A stretch of 61,441 bases of DNA, filler included, from 7 parts of 7 records of this genome joined end to end with filler, not necessarily neighbours in it; one strand, 5' to 3'; numbered from the whole stretch's first letter, positions 30,972 through 40,757 are shown. Program-made: numbers and translations. Notes: a model not told the origin generated them from the letters alone.

Positions 30972-31732
30972 CCCTGGCCCTGATGGGTGAGAAGAGGAAG
31001 GGGGATCAGCTCTTCCGGAATCTCGCCGCCCAGCTGAGCTCCAGCGAATGGATGAGCACCCAGACCGCGGCCTACACCCTGATCAGCATAAGCGCCTGGC
31101 TCGGTGATGACAGGGGAAACGAGCGTCCCTCCTTCACATGGGCCCTGGATGCGGCGAAGCCTCAGCAGCACCGCTCCGAATCCCGCTACTCCTTCATAGA
31201 CCTGCCCCCTCAAAACGGCTCTCTGAAGGTATCCAACACAGGCAGCGAGCTCCTCTACCTCAACCTGATTGCCCGGGGAGTCCCCTTACGGGGAGAAGAC
31301 CGGGACGAGGCGTCGAACCTGAATATGCAGATCTGGTATAAACCGAAGAATCCGGAGGAGGGCTTTGACCCCAAGAGCCTCCTCTCGGGAACCGACTTCA
31401 TCATGACCGTACGGATCACCAACCCCGGCGGTCAGCCCCGGCGCGAGAACCTGGCTCTGGAACAGATACTCCCGGCGGGATGGGAGATCATCAACCCCAG
31501 GATCTACGCGACTGCCGGAGACGCGGAGAAGGGAAGCTTCGATCACCAGGAGATCCGGGACGACAGAATCAACACCTACTTCGACCTGGACAGGGGCGAA
31601 TCGAAGGAGTTCTCCGTCATGCTGAACGCATCCTATAAAGGAGAGTATTACCAGCCCTCTGTAAGGTGCGGCGCCATGTACGACGACACCGTATCCGCCG
31701 TCAAGGCGGGCCGCCCCGTCGAAGTCCGGTGA
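30972..31732 (+). CDS. Bacterial alpha-2-macroglobulin, C-terminal part
   Basis: STQTAAY, LPAGWEI.N, HQEIRDDR, AMYD; directly upstream of pbpC. Confidence 0.88.
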
Positions 31733-34056
31733 GTCCCGGGGCAAAAAAGCTCGTCCTGAGGGCGGTCATCCCACTCGCCCTCCTGTCCTTCTGCCTGCTC
31801 CTGGTCCCCCTGCCCGATCCGCTCTTCCATCAGCCCCGGTCCACGGTGCTGCTGGACCGGGAGGACCGGCTTCTGGGGGCGCGGATCGCGGCGGACGAGC
31901 AGTGGCGCTTCCCCCCCGACACCGAGCTCCCGGAGAGATACAAGACCTGCCTCCTGGCCTTTGAGGACAAGAGGTTCTACTCCCATCCGGGGGTCGACCC
32001 CCTGGCGGTGCTCCGCTCCCTCTACATCAACCTGAAGGCCGGCGAGGTGCTGAGCGGGGCCAGCACCCTGTCCATGCAGGTGATCCGCATGGCCTTTCCC
32101 CATCGCCCCAGGACACTGGCCGTGAAGGCCCTGGAAGCCCTGCAGGCCCTCAAGCTGGAGCTCTTCCACTCGAAGGAAGAGATCCTCCTCTTATACGCCT
32201 CCAACGCGCCCTTCGGCGGCAACACGGTCGGCTTGTCGGCGGCGGCCTGGCGCTACTGGAACCGGCCCGTAGCGGAGCTCTCCTGGGCCGAATCCGCCCT
32301 CCTGGCGGTCCTGCCCAACTCCCCGTCCCTTCTGCATCCGGGAAGGAACCGGGATTCCCTGCTGAAGAAAAGGAACAGGCTCCTAAGGTCCATCGCCGAA
32401 GAGGAACTGATAGACCCTCTCAGCCTCTCCCTGGCCCTTGAGGAACCCCTCCCCGGGCAGCCCCTGCCCCTCCCCTCTTCCGCCCCCCATCTGCTCCAGA
32501 GGCTGATCACTGATCGGGGCGAAGGGGCAAAGCTTCACAGCACGATAGACGGTGCGTTGCAGCAGAAGGCGAGCAGGGAGGTGAATCGCCATAGCAGGGC
32601 CCTCGGTCACAGGGGCATCCACAACGCCGCGGTACTCATCTCCGACCTGGAGAGCGGCGACGTACTGGCCTACGTGGGGAACAGCCCGGACGACGGGACC
32701 GGCATACACGGCCATGCGGTGGACATCATCCCGGCGGCCAGGAGCACGGGGAGCCTCCTCAAACCCGTTCTCTACGCCCTCTGCCTGGAAGAGGGCATAC
32801 TCCTTCCGGACCAGCTGATCAAGGACACCCCCATCTTCTTCGGCTCCTACTCCCCCGAAAACTTCCACCGCAGCTACGACGGCATGGTCCCGGCCTCCAA
32901 TGCCCTGATCCGTTCGCTGAACGTCCCCTTCGTCTACCTGCTGCAGAAATACAACTATCAGCGCTTCCACAGCGAACTGAAAGAGCTGGGACTGAGCCTG
33001 CCCCAGCCGGCGGATCACTACGGGCTGGCCCTCATCCTGGGGGGGGCGGAATCGTCCCTGTGGGAACTGACGTCCCTGTTCGCGGGCTTCGGCCGCCGTG
33101 TCAAAGATCCGGAAGACCCAGCGCCCTATTTCAGCCTGCGCTACGATCCAGAGCTCCAGCCCCTCCGCAAACAGGTAAAGTCCCCCGATCCGGCGTCCCT
33201 CTGGTTCACCCTCGACGCCATGAAGAACCTGATACGGCCGGAGGCGTCCTGGGAGATGTTCCAGAACGCCCATGACGTGGCCTGGAAGACGGGAACGAGC
33301 ATGGGGGGCAAGGATGCCTGGGCCATCGGCATCACCCCGAACTACGCCGTCGGGGTCTGGGCGGGCAATGCGGACGGCGAGGGGCGGCCCGGCATAAACG
33401 GCCTCAGGGCGGCGGCGCCCCTGCTCTTCGACATCATCCGGCAGCTCCCCCGGGAAGAGTCGGATTCGGAGGAGTGGTTCGCCCGGCCCCTGGACGGCAT
33501 GGTCATGGAACAGATATGCACCCAAAGCGGCATGCGGGCGGGCCCCTACTGCCCGTCAGAAGCCAGGCTGATCCCGCAAAAAGGCTTGAGCAGCGGACTA
33601 TGCCCCTACCACAGGCTCGTCCATCTGGACAAAACGGGACTGTACCGGGTGGACAGCCGCACCACCGCCGTCAGGGACATGCAGCATGTCAGCTGGTTCG
33701 TCCTGCCCCCTATGGAGGAGTACTACTACCGCCTCGTCCACAACAAGTACAGATCCCTGCCCCCCTTCCTAGGCGAACAGTCCCGAGAGGGCTCGCTGAC
33801 CTTCCTCTACCCCCCCGCCGACAAAGCCCGGATCAAGATACCCAGGCTGTTTAACGACGATTACGGAGAGGTCGTCTTCGAGGCGGCCCTCAGGGACAGC
33901 TCGACACTCCTTTACTGGCATCTGGACGGTGAGTATATCGGGTACACCAGGTTCAATCACCAGATGGGCATACAGGCGGACACGGGGGAGCACAGCGTTA
34001 CCATAGTGGATGAAACAGGCCATTTCCTGGAAAGGCGGTTTGAGTTTATAGATTAG
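31729..34056 (+). CDS. pbpC: Penicillin-binding protein 1C
   Basis: EDKRFY.HPGVD, GASTLSMQ, GSLLKP (SxxK), SLN, KTGTS; GTG 31729 overlaps the A2M stop. Confidence 0.93.
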   Translation: MSPGAKKLVLRAVIPLALLSFCLLLVPLPDPLFHQPRSTVLLDREDRLLGARIAADEQWRFPPDTELPERYKTCLLAFEDKRFYSHPGVDPLAVLRSLYINLKAGEVLSGASTLSMQVIRMAFPHRPRTLAVKALEALQALKLELFHSKEEILLLYASNAPFGGNTVGLSAAAWRYWNRPVAELSWAESALLAVLPNSPSLLHPGRNRDSLLKKRNRLLRSIAEEELIDPLSLSLALEEPLPGQPLPLPSSAPHLLQRLITDRGEGAKLHSTIDGALQQKASREVNRHSRALGHRGIHNAAVLISDLESGDVLAYVGNSPDDGTGIHGHAVDIIPAARSTGSLLKPVLYALCLEEGILLPDQLIKDTPIFFGSYSPENFHRSYDGMVPASNALIRSLNVPFVYLLQKYNYQRFHSELKELGLSLPQPADHYGLALILGGAESSLWELTSLFAGFGRRVKDPEDPAPYFSLRYDPELQPLRKQVKSPDPASLWFTLDAMKNLIRPEASWEMFQNAHDVAWKTGTSMGGKDAWAIGITPNYAVGVWAGNADGEGRPGINGLRAAAPLLFDIIRQLPREESDSEEWFARPLDGMVMEQICTQSGMRAGPYCPSEARLIPQKGLSSGLCPYHRLVHLDKTGLYRVDSRTTAVRDMQHVSWFVLPPMEEYYYRLVHNKYRSLPPFLGEQSREGSLTFLYPPADKARIKIPRLFNDDYGEVVFEAALRDSSTLLYWHLDGEYIGYTRFNHQMGIQADTGEHSVTIVDETGHFLERRFEFID

Positions 34057-34067
34057 TCATTGATTTT

Positions 34068-34168
34068 GGGCGTCTCCCCAGGCGATTACGCCCGGGGCCC
34101 GGCTTTGCGGGGGTTCCGTCTTGCCGATTACAGCAAGACCGCTTCGCGCCCCTTCAATCCGTGACGCA
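34068..34168. repeat. REP/MITE-like structured intergenic element with two GATTAC-loop hairpins
   Basis: CCCCAGGCG-ATTA-CGCCCGGGG and GTCTTGCCG-ATTA-CAGCAAGAC within a GGGCGTC...GGCTTT.CGGGG...GCCCCTTCAATCC frame; single copy here. Confidence 0.55.
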
Positions 34169-34275
34169 TGGGCGGGAGAGAGGATCGTAGCTCAGGTACT
34201 TGGAACGGTCACGACTCAGTAAAGCGCGGCTTTACGACAGAAAATGACAAACAGAAATAGTTCCATGCTGAGGGC

Positions 34276-35385
34276 TTATAGTAAAGTGTGATTAAGCTGA
34301 TAACTCGTGGAACGTCCTTTTGCCTCACCAGGGACCAGAATGCCCTTCTCCACAAGCTCTTTCAGATCCCTTTTCACCGTGGCCGGGCTTGCCTTTGTGA
34401 TCGCCATGTATTTCCTGTTCGTCAATCCACCGACAAATTCTTCGGGAAGCATCTTTGCCATCTTGCCCAATACCTTCAACTGCCTTTCATTCAATGAGAT
34501 CGCCGCCAGATGAGAATAGAACGATTGTGACATCAAAGCGCCCTCGATGATATCCATAGAGCTTTCAATACTACGGACATATATTTCCAGAAACCATGAG
34601 AGCCAAGACGTTATATCGCCGCCACCCTTTTGCGCCTCGTCCAGTTTTTCATAGTATGCCTTTCTTTCTTTGTGAATCTGTGTAGAAAGGCTGTAGAGCC
34701 TGACTCCTGTATCTTCTTCCAGAGACAGGGCACGATCCGTCAAGGCACGGGCGATACGCCCATTCCCATCTTCGAAGGGGTGAATCGTTACAAAGTACAG
34801 ATGCGCGATTCCAGCCCGCAAGAGGCCGTCTATCCGACCTTGAGAACCGGACCACCACTGAATGAATCGGGACATCTCCTTATCCATGTGAGATGAGGGT
34901 GGTGCGGTATAGTGGATTTTCTCTTTGCCCATGGATCCGGAAACGATATTCATAGGAAGATCGCCCGCTCTCCAGCCTCCCACTTTAATCTTTGCCATGC
35001 CGGAGTAACCCGTCGGAAAAAGCGCCGCGTGCCAGGCCCAGAGCGTTTCAATAGATAAAGGCGCTTTAAAATTCGATGTTGCATCGACAAGGACTTCAAC
35101 CAGTCCCTGATGCCTCGTCGCCGTCGCAGGAAGACCGGCATCGGGAAGCCCCAATTGATTGGCAATGGAAGAGCGGAGATCCTGAGGGTTCAGGTTTTCA
35201 CCTTCAATGGCTGATGTATGGAGGGCTTCTCGAAACAGCAATTCACCCTGATCCTTCAATTCCAGGCTGGATGCGACTGACTGAATCTGTCCCTGTCGCT
35301 TTCTTGCTTCAGCATAACAGGGAAGCAGAGTCTCCAGAGAATAGTTGAGCTCAGGCCACTGATCTAATTGCCAGAGATAAGGCAT
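34276..35385 (-). CDS. Fic-family protein (DUF4172-like N-terminus, C-terminal HTH)
   Basis: YLWQLDQWP, TSAIEGE, HPFEDGNGRIAR, TNRKY..SPATVKRDL..L..GRSTSY. Confidence 0.92.
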   Translation of the reverse strand: MPYLWQLDQWPELNYSLETLLPCYAEARKRQGQIQSVASSLELKDQGELLFREALHTSAIEGENLNPQDLRSSIANQLGLPDAGLPATATRHQGLVEVLVDATSNFKAPLSIETLWAWHAALFPTGYSGMAKIKVGGWRAGDLPMNIVSGSMGKEKIHYTAPPSSHMDKEMSRFIQWWSGSQGRIDGLLRAGIAHLYFVTIHPFEDGNGRIARALTDRALSLEEDTGVRLYSLSTQIHKERKAYYEKLDEAQKGGGDITSWLSWFLEIYVRSIESSMDIIEGALMSQSFYSHLAAISLNERQLKVLGKMAKMLPEEFVGGLTNRKYMAITKASPATVKRDLKELVEKGILVPGEAKGRSTSYQLNHTLL

Positions 35386-35395
35386 TGTTACTCCC

Positions 35396-35465
35396 TGAGC
35401 CGATTAAGCACTCTAATCAGCTCATATTATGAGCCTATTATCATCCTTATTCGGCTCAGAGTCAA
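35396..35465 (-). promoter_or_regulatory. Fic promoter overlaid by two tandem palindromic operators
   Basis: TGAGCCGATTA-N7-TAATCAGCTCA and TGAGCCTATTA-N7-TATTCGGCTCA; minus-strand TTGACT-17 nt-GATAAT. Confidence 0.7.
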
Positions 35466-35704
35466 ATCATTTGTCCTGAATGTAACCAAAGCTGCTGCAG
35501 GTACAGATGCCTATGGAACGAGGAGTCACGAAAAGGTAAAAACCGCTGTCCCCCGGCAGATGAAGCAGAGAGAAAGAGACCCGATTGTTTAACGGAAGAT
35601 GAGGGAGAGCTCGCATCAGCCTTCCGCAAACAAGCAAGGGGGAATCACTTCGTTATTGCAATATATTTCAACCAGTATTAATCTTTGTGCATGAGGAGGT
35701 TATT

Positions 35705-36352
35705 TTGGCAAAGATAGGCATCATAGGTTCAGGTCAGGTCGGGCAAGCCCTGGCCAGAGGATTTCTGGATAGAGGCGATCAGGTCATGCTGGGCAGCAGG
35801 GATCCCTCGAAACTAGCGGATTGGAAGGCCCGGCAGAACGGCGCGGGACAGACGGGAAACTTTGAAGAAACCGCCGCCTTCGGGGATATCATCGTACTGG
35901 CCGTCCGCGGAGCCAACGCCTTGGAGGCCCTCACATTGGCCGATTCAGAGTATCTGGACCACAAGCTAGTAATCGATACGACCAATCCCCTCTCAGACGA
36001 TGCTCCGGAGAAGGGAGTTATCAAGTTTTACACAACATTGAAGAAATCGAATATGGAAAGGCTCCAGAAGGCCTATCCCCGTATCTGCTTTGTCAAAGCC
36101 TTCAACAGCGTGGGAAGCGCCCTTATGGTGAATCCCGATTTCGACGGGATAAAACCCACGATGTTCATCTGCGGCAATGATGATGAGGCGAAAAAGAAGC
36201 TACTCCCCATCCTGGAGGACTTCGGCTGGGAGGCGGAGGATATGGGAGGCGTAGAGGCAGCCCGCGCCATCGAGCCTCTATGCATACTCTGGTGTATTCC
36301 CGGTTTCCGGGAGAACAACTGGACCCATGCCTTCAAGCTATTGAAGAAATGA
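35705..36352 (+). CDS. NADPH-dependent F420 reductase-family NAD(P) oxidoreductase
   Basis: GIIGSGQVG, GSRDP, IDTTNP, VKAFN, CGND; TTG start after GAGGAGG. Confidence 0.85.
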   Translation: MAKIGIIGSGQVGQALARGFLDRGDQVMLGSRDPSKLADWKARQNGAGQTGNFEETAAFGDIIVLAVRGANALEALTLADSEYLDHKLVIDTTNPLSDDAPEKGVIKFYTTLKKSNMERLQKAYPRICFVKAFNSVGSALMVNPDFDGIKPTMFICGNDDEAKKKLLPILEDFGWEAEDMGGVEAARAIEPLCILWCIPGFRENNWTHAFKLLKK

Positions 36353-36822
36353 TAAACACACTCCGCAAAATGGCATCCGGCCGTAGGGTACTCACCCTCT
36401 TCATTGCGACCATGGCGCTGTACCTGTTCATCCTCCTCTACACCATTCCGGCAGTCACAGCCCAGGCACCGGACAGGAAGCTCTTCGACATGTCTCCCGG
36501 AGGATATGATCTGATGTATGCGGGGGAACTGCTTGAGGCGATCGGCGAGGAAGGTAGGGATCTCTATCTGAGGCTGCAGCTGCCTGCTGACTTCATCTAT
36601 CCGGGACTTTTTTCTGTCAGCTATACGCTGATGCTCTTCTGGTTATTTGGAAAAAGCGTTGGTACATCCCGCATTGTTTCCGCGCTGTGCTTCGTCCCCG
36701 CTTTGGCGGGTTTATTCGACTACTGCGAGAATATCGGGATCATTCTCATGCTCCATTCCTTTCCCGATCTGTCCCCCCGTGTGGTGAAGCTATCCAGCCT
36801 CTTCTCTGTTCTGAAGAGCATT
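36349..36822 (+). CDS. Hypothetical membrane protein, partial
   Basis: ATGA overlap with the upstream stop; several TM helices, FDM..GY, DFIYP, FDYCEN. Confidence 0.65.
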
Positions 36823-36922
36823 NNNNNNNNNNNNNNNNNNNNNNNNNNNNNNNNNNNNNNNNNNNNTTAATTAATTAANNNNNNNNNNNNNNNNNNNNNN
36901 NNNNNNNNNNNNNNNNNNNNNN
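36823..36922. other. Artificial contig linker
   Basis: N44-TTAATTAATTAA-N44. Confidence 0.99.
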
Positions 36923-36926
36923 AAAG

Positions 36927-37023
36927 ATTTCTCGCCACGAACGCCACGATAATAATACGCCACGAACGCAACGAGTTCCTACGTTGCGAACGTTGCGTAT
37001 TCGTTGCGAGCGTTGCGTGAAAT
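36927..37023. repeat. Palindromic element built from tandem short repeat units
   Basis: Four CGC(C/A)ACGA units followed by four CGTTGCG units; ends ATTTCTCGC / GCGTGAAAT. Confidence 0.75.
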
Positions 37024-37140
37024 AATATCCGATAACGACGAAGCAATGACGTTTTCAAATAACCGAATCAACAAATCACCAAATAAACACCCTAGAGGCC
37101 CATGAATTTCTTACTTTTATACTTTGAAACAATTTGAAAC

Positions 37141-38121
37141 ATGAACACATTTGGCAGATTATTCCGCATACACCTTTTTGGAGAATCACACGGACAATCA
37201 GTTGGCGTAACCATTGACGGATGTCCACCAGGAATTCCATTAACTGAAAGTGATTTCAATAAAGACCTTGAACGACGCAAAAGCGGAGCAAAAGGAACGA
37301 CACCACGCACTGAGTCAGACAAACCGGAAATTATAAGTGGATGGTTTGACGGACATACCACAGGTGCACCTTTAACCATCATTTTTCGGAATGAAAATAC
37401 TCGCTCTAAAGACTATTCTGCACTAAAAAAAACACCTCGCCCCGGTCATGCCGATTTTGTAGCACAACAGAAATACAAAGGCTTTGCCGACTATCGCGGT
37501 GGCGGTCATTTTTCGGGAAGGCTAACACTTGGGTTAGTTAGCGCTGGAGTTGTAGCCAAAAAAGTACTTGAAAATATCAAAATCGAAGCAAAACTAATTG
37601 AGGCTGGAGGTATATCCGACATTGAAAAAGCCATAGACAAAGCCATTGAAACCAATGATTCCATTGGCGGCATAGTTGAATGCAAAGTAAACAGCCTACC
37701 CGTTGGACTTGGAGAACCGTTTTTCGATAGCGTGGAATCAATGATCAGCCATATTGTTTTTGCTATCCCTGCCATAAAAGGAATCGAGTTTGGATCAGGT
37801 TTCAATGCTCCTAAAATGATGGGGCGAGAACACAATGATGAAATTCTGGATGAAACCGGTAAAACAGCCACCAATAATGCCGGTGGAATCAATGGTGGAA
37901 TCACCAATGGCAACGAGCTTATTTTCAGAGTGGCCGTAAAACCCACAAGTAGCATTTCCACGGAGCAGGAAACCTACAATTTTGAAAAAAAGAAGATTGA
38001 AAAACTCAAAATTGAAGGCCGTCACGATCGCTGTATTGCATTGAGAGTACCACCTGTTTTAGAGGCTGCGGCAGCAATTGCGCTGGCTGATTTAATGCTA
38101 ACACGAAAAGCATATTTATAA
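37141..38121 (+). CDS. aroC: Chorismate synthase
   Basis: FGESHG, RPGHAD, GGGHFSGR, NNAGGINGG, KPTSSI, GRHD. Confidence 0.97.
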   Translation: MNTFGRLFRIHLFGESHGQSVGVTIDGCPPGIPLTESDFNKDLERRKSGAKGTTPRTESDKPEIISGWFDGHTTGAPLTIIFRNENTRSKDYSALKKTPRPGHADFVAQQKYKGFADYRGGGHFSGRLTLGLVSAGVVAKKVLENIKIEAKLIEAGGISDIEKAIDKAIETNDSIGGIVECKVNSLPVGLGEPFFDSVESMISHIVFAIPAIKGIEFGSGFNAPKMMGREHNDEILDETGKTATNNAGGINGGITNGNELIFRVAVKPTSSISTEQETYNFEKKKIEKLKIEGRHDRCIALRVPPVLEAAAAIALADLMLTRKAYL

Positions 38122-38158
38122 AACTACCTGAAAAACAACACTTTCACAAATACCCACC

Positions 38159-38200
38159 ATAACCTTCTGAAAATTGGAGGGTTATAAGGCTTTTTATTTT
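38159..38200 (+). terminator. Possible terminator after aroC
   Basis: ATAACCTTC / GAGGGTTAT stem with G-U pairs, then a T-rich tract. Confidence 0.45.
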
Positions 38201-38291
38201 CATTTTTTTACCGTAAATTGAACGGGATATTGATTTTTTAGTGTTTATTTGCAATCCATTTTTTTAATACATATTTCTATCAACTAAGTGA

Positions 38292-39698
38292 ATGAAAAAC
38301 ACATATTTTGACCTTATTGAGCAGAGTTTCTATTTTCCTCAAGAGGGCTTTGATTTAAGGAACAATAATTTAACGTTCCATGGGGTTTCATTAAAATACC
38401 TCATTGAAAAACATGGTACTCCTTTTAGATTTATCTACTTACCAAAAATTGGCGATCAGATTAAAAAGTCCCGCAACCTCTTTAATCGTGCCATAAAAAA
38501 AAGTAAATACAAAGGCGACTACTATTTTTGCTATTGTACAAAATGCAATCACTTCTACCATGTGATTAATGAGGCATTGAAGCACAACGTTAACTTAGAG
38601 ACTTCCTCAACCTTTGATATTGATTTAATTGTAAATCTCTATAAAAAGAAAAAAATTGATAAGTCGAGAATAATTGTGCATAATGGCTACAAAACAAACG
38701 ATTACCTTCAAAAAATTGTGAGTTTACAGGAAATGGGATTCACAAATTCCATCATTGTACTTGATAGTAAAGAAGAGTTGGATCGCTTACTAAGTATTAA
38801 GACCAAAGAAGTACTTAAAGTAGGCATACGAATGGCCATTAATGAAGAAGCGCAATCGGCTTATTATACATCGCGATTGGGTATTCCGCACAATGAGGTT
38901 ATCGATTTTTTTACTGAAAAAATTCGCGATAATGATAAGATTGAATTGAAAATGCTTCATTTCTTTGTGGACTCTGGTATCAAAGACACATTATACTACT
39001 GGGGTGAATTCCAAAAAGCATTGCAACTTTACGTCAGACTCAAAAAAGAGAGCGTAAACCTCACTTCATTTAACCTGGGAGGTGGTTTTCCTATCCGCAA
39101 TCATCTTGGTTTTGAATATGACTACGAGTACATGATCAATGAAATTATTGCTAATATCAAAGATGCCTGCATTAAAGAAGATGTGCCGGAGCCAGATATC
39201 TTCACTGAATTTGGAAGATATACTGTTGGAGAGTCAGGAGCCATTATTTTTGAAGTACTGGAACAGAAGCAGCAAAACGATACCGAACGTTGGTATATTG
39301 TAAACAACAGCCTAATGAATACCATCCCTGATGCATGGTCTATTCATGAAAAATTCATTTTATTGCCCATTAATAAATGGAATAACCCTTACGGCAGGGT
39401 AAATATTGGTGGAATTAGTTGCGACCATAGCGATTATTACAATTCAGAGGATCTCAATCAGGAAGTACTATTACCATTATATGAGGAAAAAGATAAAGAA
39501 CCGCTATATCTTGGTTTTTTCCACACAGGCGCTTACCAGGATTCCATTAGCGGCTATGGAGGAATAAAACACTGCTTGATTCCTGCACCAAAGCATGTAA
39601 TCATTGATCGCGATGAGACAGGTAACATTGTTGATTTTGTTTATCGTGAGGAGCAATCAGTAAATGAAATGTTTCAAATTTTAGGATACAATAAATGA
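38292..39698 (+). CDS. speA: Arginine decarboxylase, Bacteroidota fold-III type
   Basis: YCTKC (PLP Lys), SRLG, LHFF, NLGGG, TEFG, SCD, GAYQ; overlaps the agmatinase gene. Confidence 0.85.
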   Translation: MKNTYFDLIEQSFYFPQEGFDLRNNNLTFHGVSLKYLIEKHGTPFRFIYLPKIGDQIKKSRNLFNRAIKKSKYKGDYYFCYCTKCNHFYHVINEALKHNVNLETSSTFDIDLIVNLYKKKKIDKSRIIVHNGYKTNDYLQKIVSLQEMGFTNSIIVLDSKEELDRLLSIKTKEVLKVGIRMAINEEAQSAYYTSRLGIPHNEVIDFFTEKIRDNDKIELKMLHFFVDSGIKDTLYYWGEFQKALQLYVRLKKESVNLTSFNLGGGFPIRNHLGFEYDYEYMINEIIANIKDACIKEDVPEPDIFTEFGRYTVGESGAIIFEVLEQKQQNDTERWYIVNNSLMNTIPDAWSIHEKFILLPINKWNNPYGRVNIGGISCDHSDYYNSEDLNQEVLLPLYEEKDKEPLYLGFFHTGAYQDSISGYGGIKHCLIPAPKHVIIDRDETGNIVDFVYREEQSVNEMFQILGYNK

Positions 39699-40555
39699 AT
39701 GAAAGAACTTATGCTGGAATAGAATCTGAATACACACAAAAAGATTCTGCCAAAATTTGGCTACAATCTATTCCTTATGATGGCACAAGTACTTGGGGGA
39801 AAGGCGCCGATAAAGGCTTCGATGCCTTTCTAGAAGCTTCTGAAAACATGGAAATTTATGATATCGAAACAGATACAGAAGTTTACAAACAGGGAGTTCA
39901 TATACTACCAACTATTACAGAAAATTCAAGTCCCGAGGAAGTATACTCTGCCGTGCTTGAAAGCACCGAACAATTATTAAAAAAAGATAAATTCCTTACT
40001 TTTTTCGGAGGTGAACACAGCGTAAGTATTGGTTTAATTGAAGCTTATCGAAAAAAATATGATAATCTGACTGTATTGCAGTTAGATGCCCATGCCGATT
40101 TGCGCCCCGAGTATATGGGTTCAAAATACAACCATGCTTGTGCAGTGCATCAGGCAAGTAAAACAACCAACCTTATACAGGTAGGCATTCGAAGTATGGA
40201 TAGCATTGAATTGCCCCATCTGAACAGAGAAAAATGCTTCTTTGCTGAAGATATTTATAGGCAAACCAAATGGATGGAAGAATCTATCGATTTAATGACT
40301 GACAATGTGTATATCACAATTGATTTGGATGCATTTGACCCAAGTATAATGCCATCCACAGGAACACCTGAGCCAGGAGGAATAGATTGGAATACGACCA
40401 TTCAATATTTAAAAAAGGTTTTCAAGAATAAAAATGTAGTAGGTTTCGACATTGTAGAATTTGCGCCTATAGAAGGCTTAAAAGCACCAAACTTTTTAGT
40501 TGCTAAACTATATTACAAAATGCTTTCATATAAATTTGAAACGAAACAACAATGA
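39695..40555 (+). CDS. speB: Agmatinase
   Basis: GGEHS, DAHADLR, DLDAFDP..TGTPEPGG. Confidence 0.93.
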   Translation: MNERTYAGIESEYTQKDSAKIWLQSIPYDGTSTWGKGADKGFDAFLEASENMEIYDIETDTEVYKQGVHILPTITENSSPEEVYSAVLESTEQLLKKDKFLTFFGGEHSVSIGLIEAYRKKYDNLTVLQLDAHADLRPEYMGSKYNHACAVHQASKTTNLIQVGIRSMDSIELPHLNREKCFFAEDIYRQTKWMEESIDLMTDNVYITIDLDAFDPSIMPSTGTPEPGGIDWNTTIQYLKKVFKNKNVVGFDIVEFAPIEGLKAPNFLVAKLYYKMLSYKFETKQQ

Positions 40556-40611
40556 AAATACATAGGTTAAAGAATTACAGTGTAAAATCGCTAATAATAC
40601 CATATAAAATT

Positions 40612-40683
40612 GAATACAGAAGACAGAATATAGAATTCAGAAGGACTATTTCTTCTTTCTTCTGAATTCTATATTCTGTATTC
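40612..40683. repeat. 21-bp perfect inverted repeat with 7-nt periodicity
   Basis: ACAGAATATAGAATTCAGAAG (40623-40643) / CTTCTGAATTCTATATTCTGT (40659-40679). Confidence 0.8.
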
Positions 40684-40757
40684 TTTGGAATAAAAATTTT
40701 GGACAGAAAAAGTACCTGAAACTATATTGCATAGGATTAACCCCTAAATGTTAAAAA

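Noticed and set aside
30972..34056. A2M-pbpC pairing as a novel system
   Set aside because: Well-known conserved gene pair (yfhM-pbpC)
30920..35592. Long antisense and alternate-frame ORFs, such as 32383-33525 on the minus strand
   Set aside because: Shadows of GC-rich A2M, pbpC and Fic genes, with no recognisable motifs
35461..35704. Riboswitch in the Fic-oxidoreductase intergenic region
   Set aside because: I could not fit any known aptamer consensus by eye; an Rfam cmscan would settle it
36927..37023. CRISPR array
   Set aside because: Units are 7-9 nt and inverted, with no unique spacers and no cas genes
36867..37058. 63-aa minus-strand ORF across the repeat
   Set aside because: Translation of the palindromic repeat running into the linker
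40552..40665. 37-codon ORF overlapping the speB stop (ATGA) as a leader peptide
   Set aside because: Half of it is the translated hairpin repeat; no independent evidence of coding
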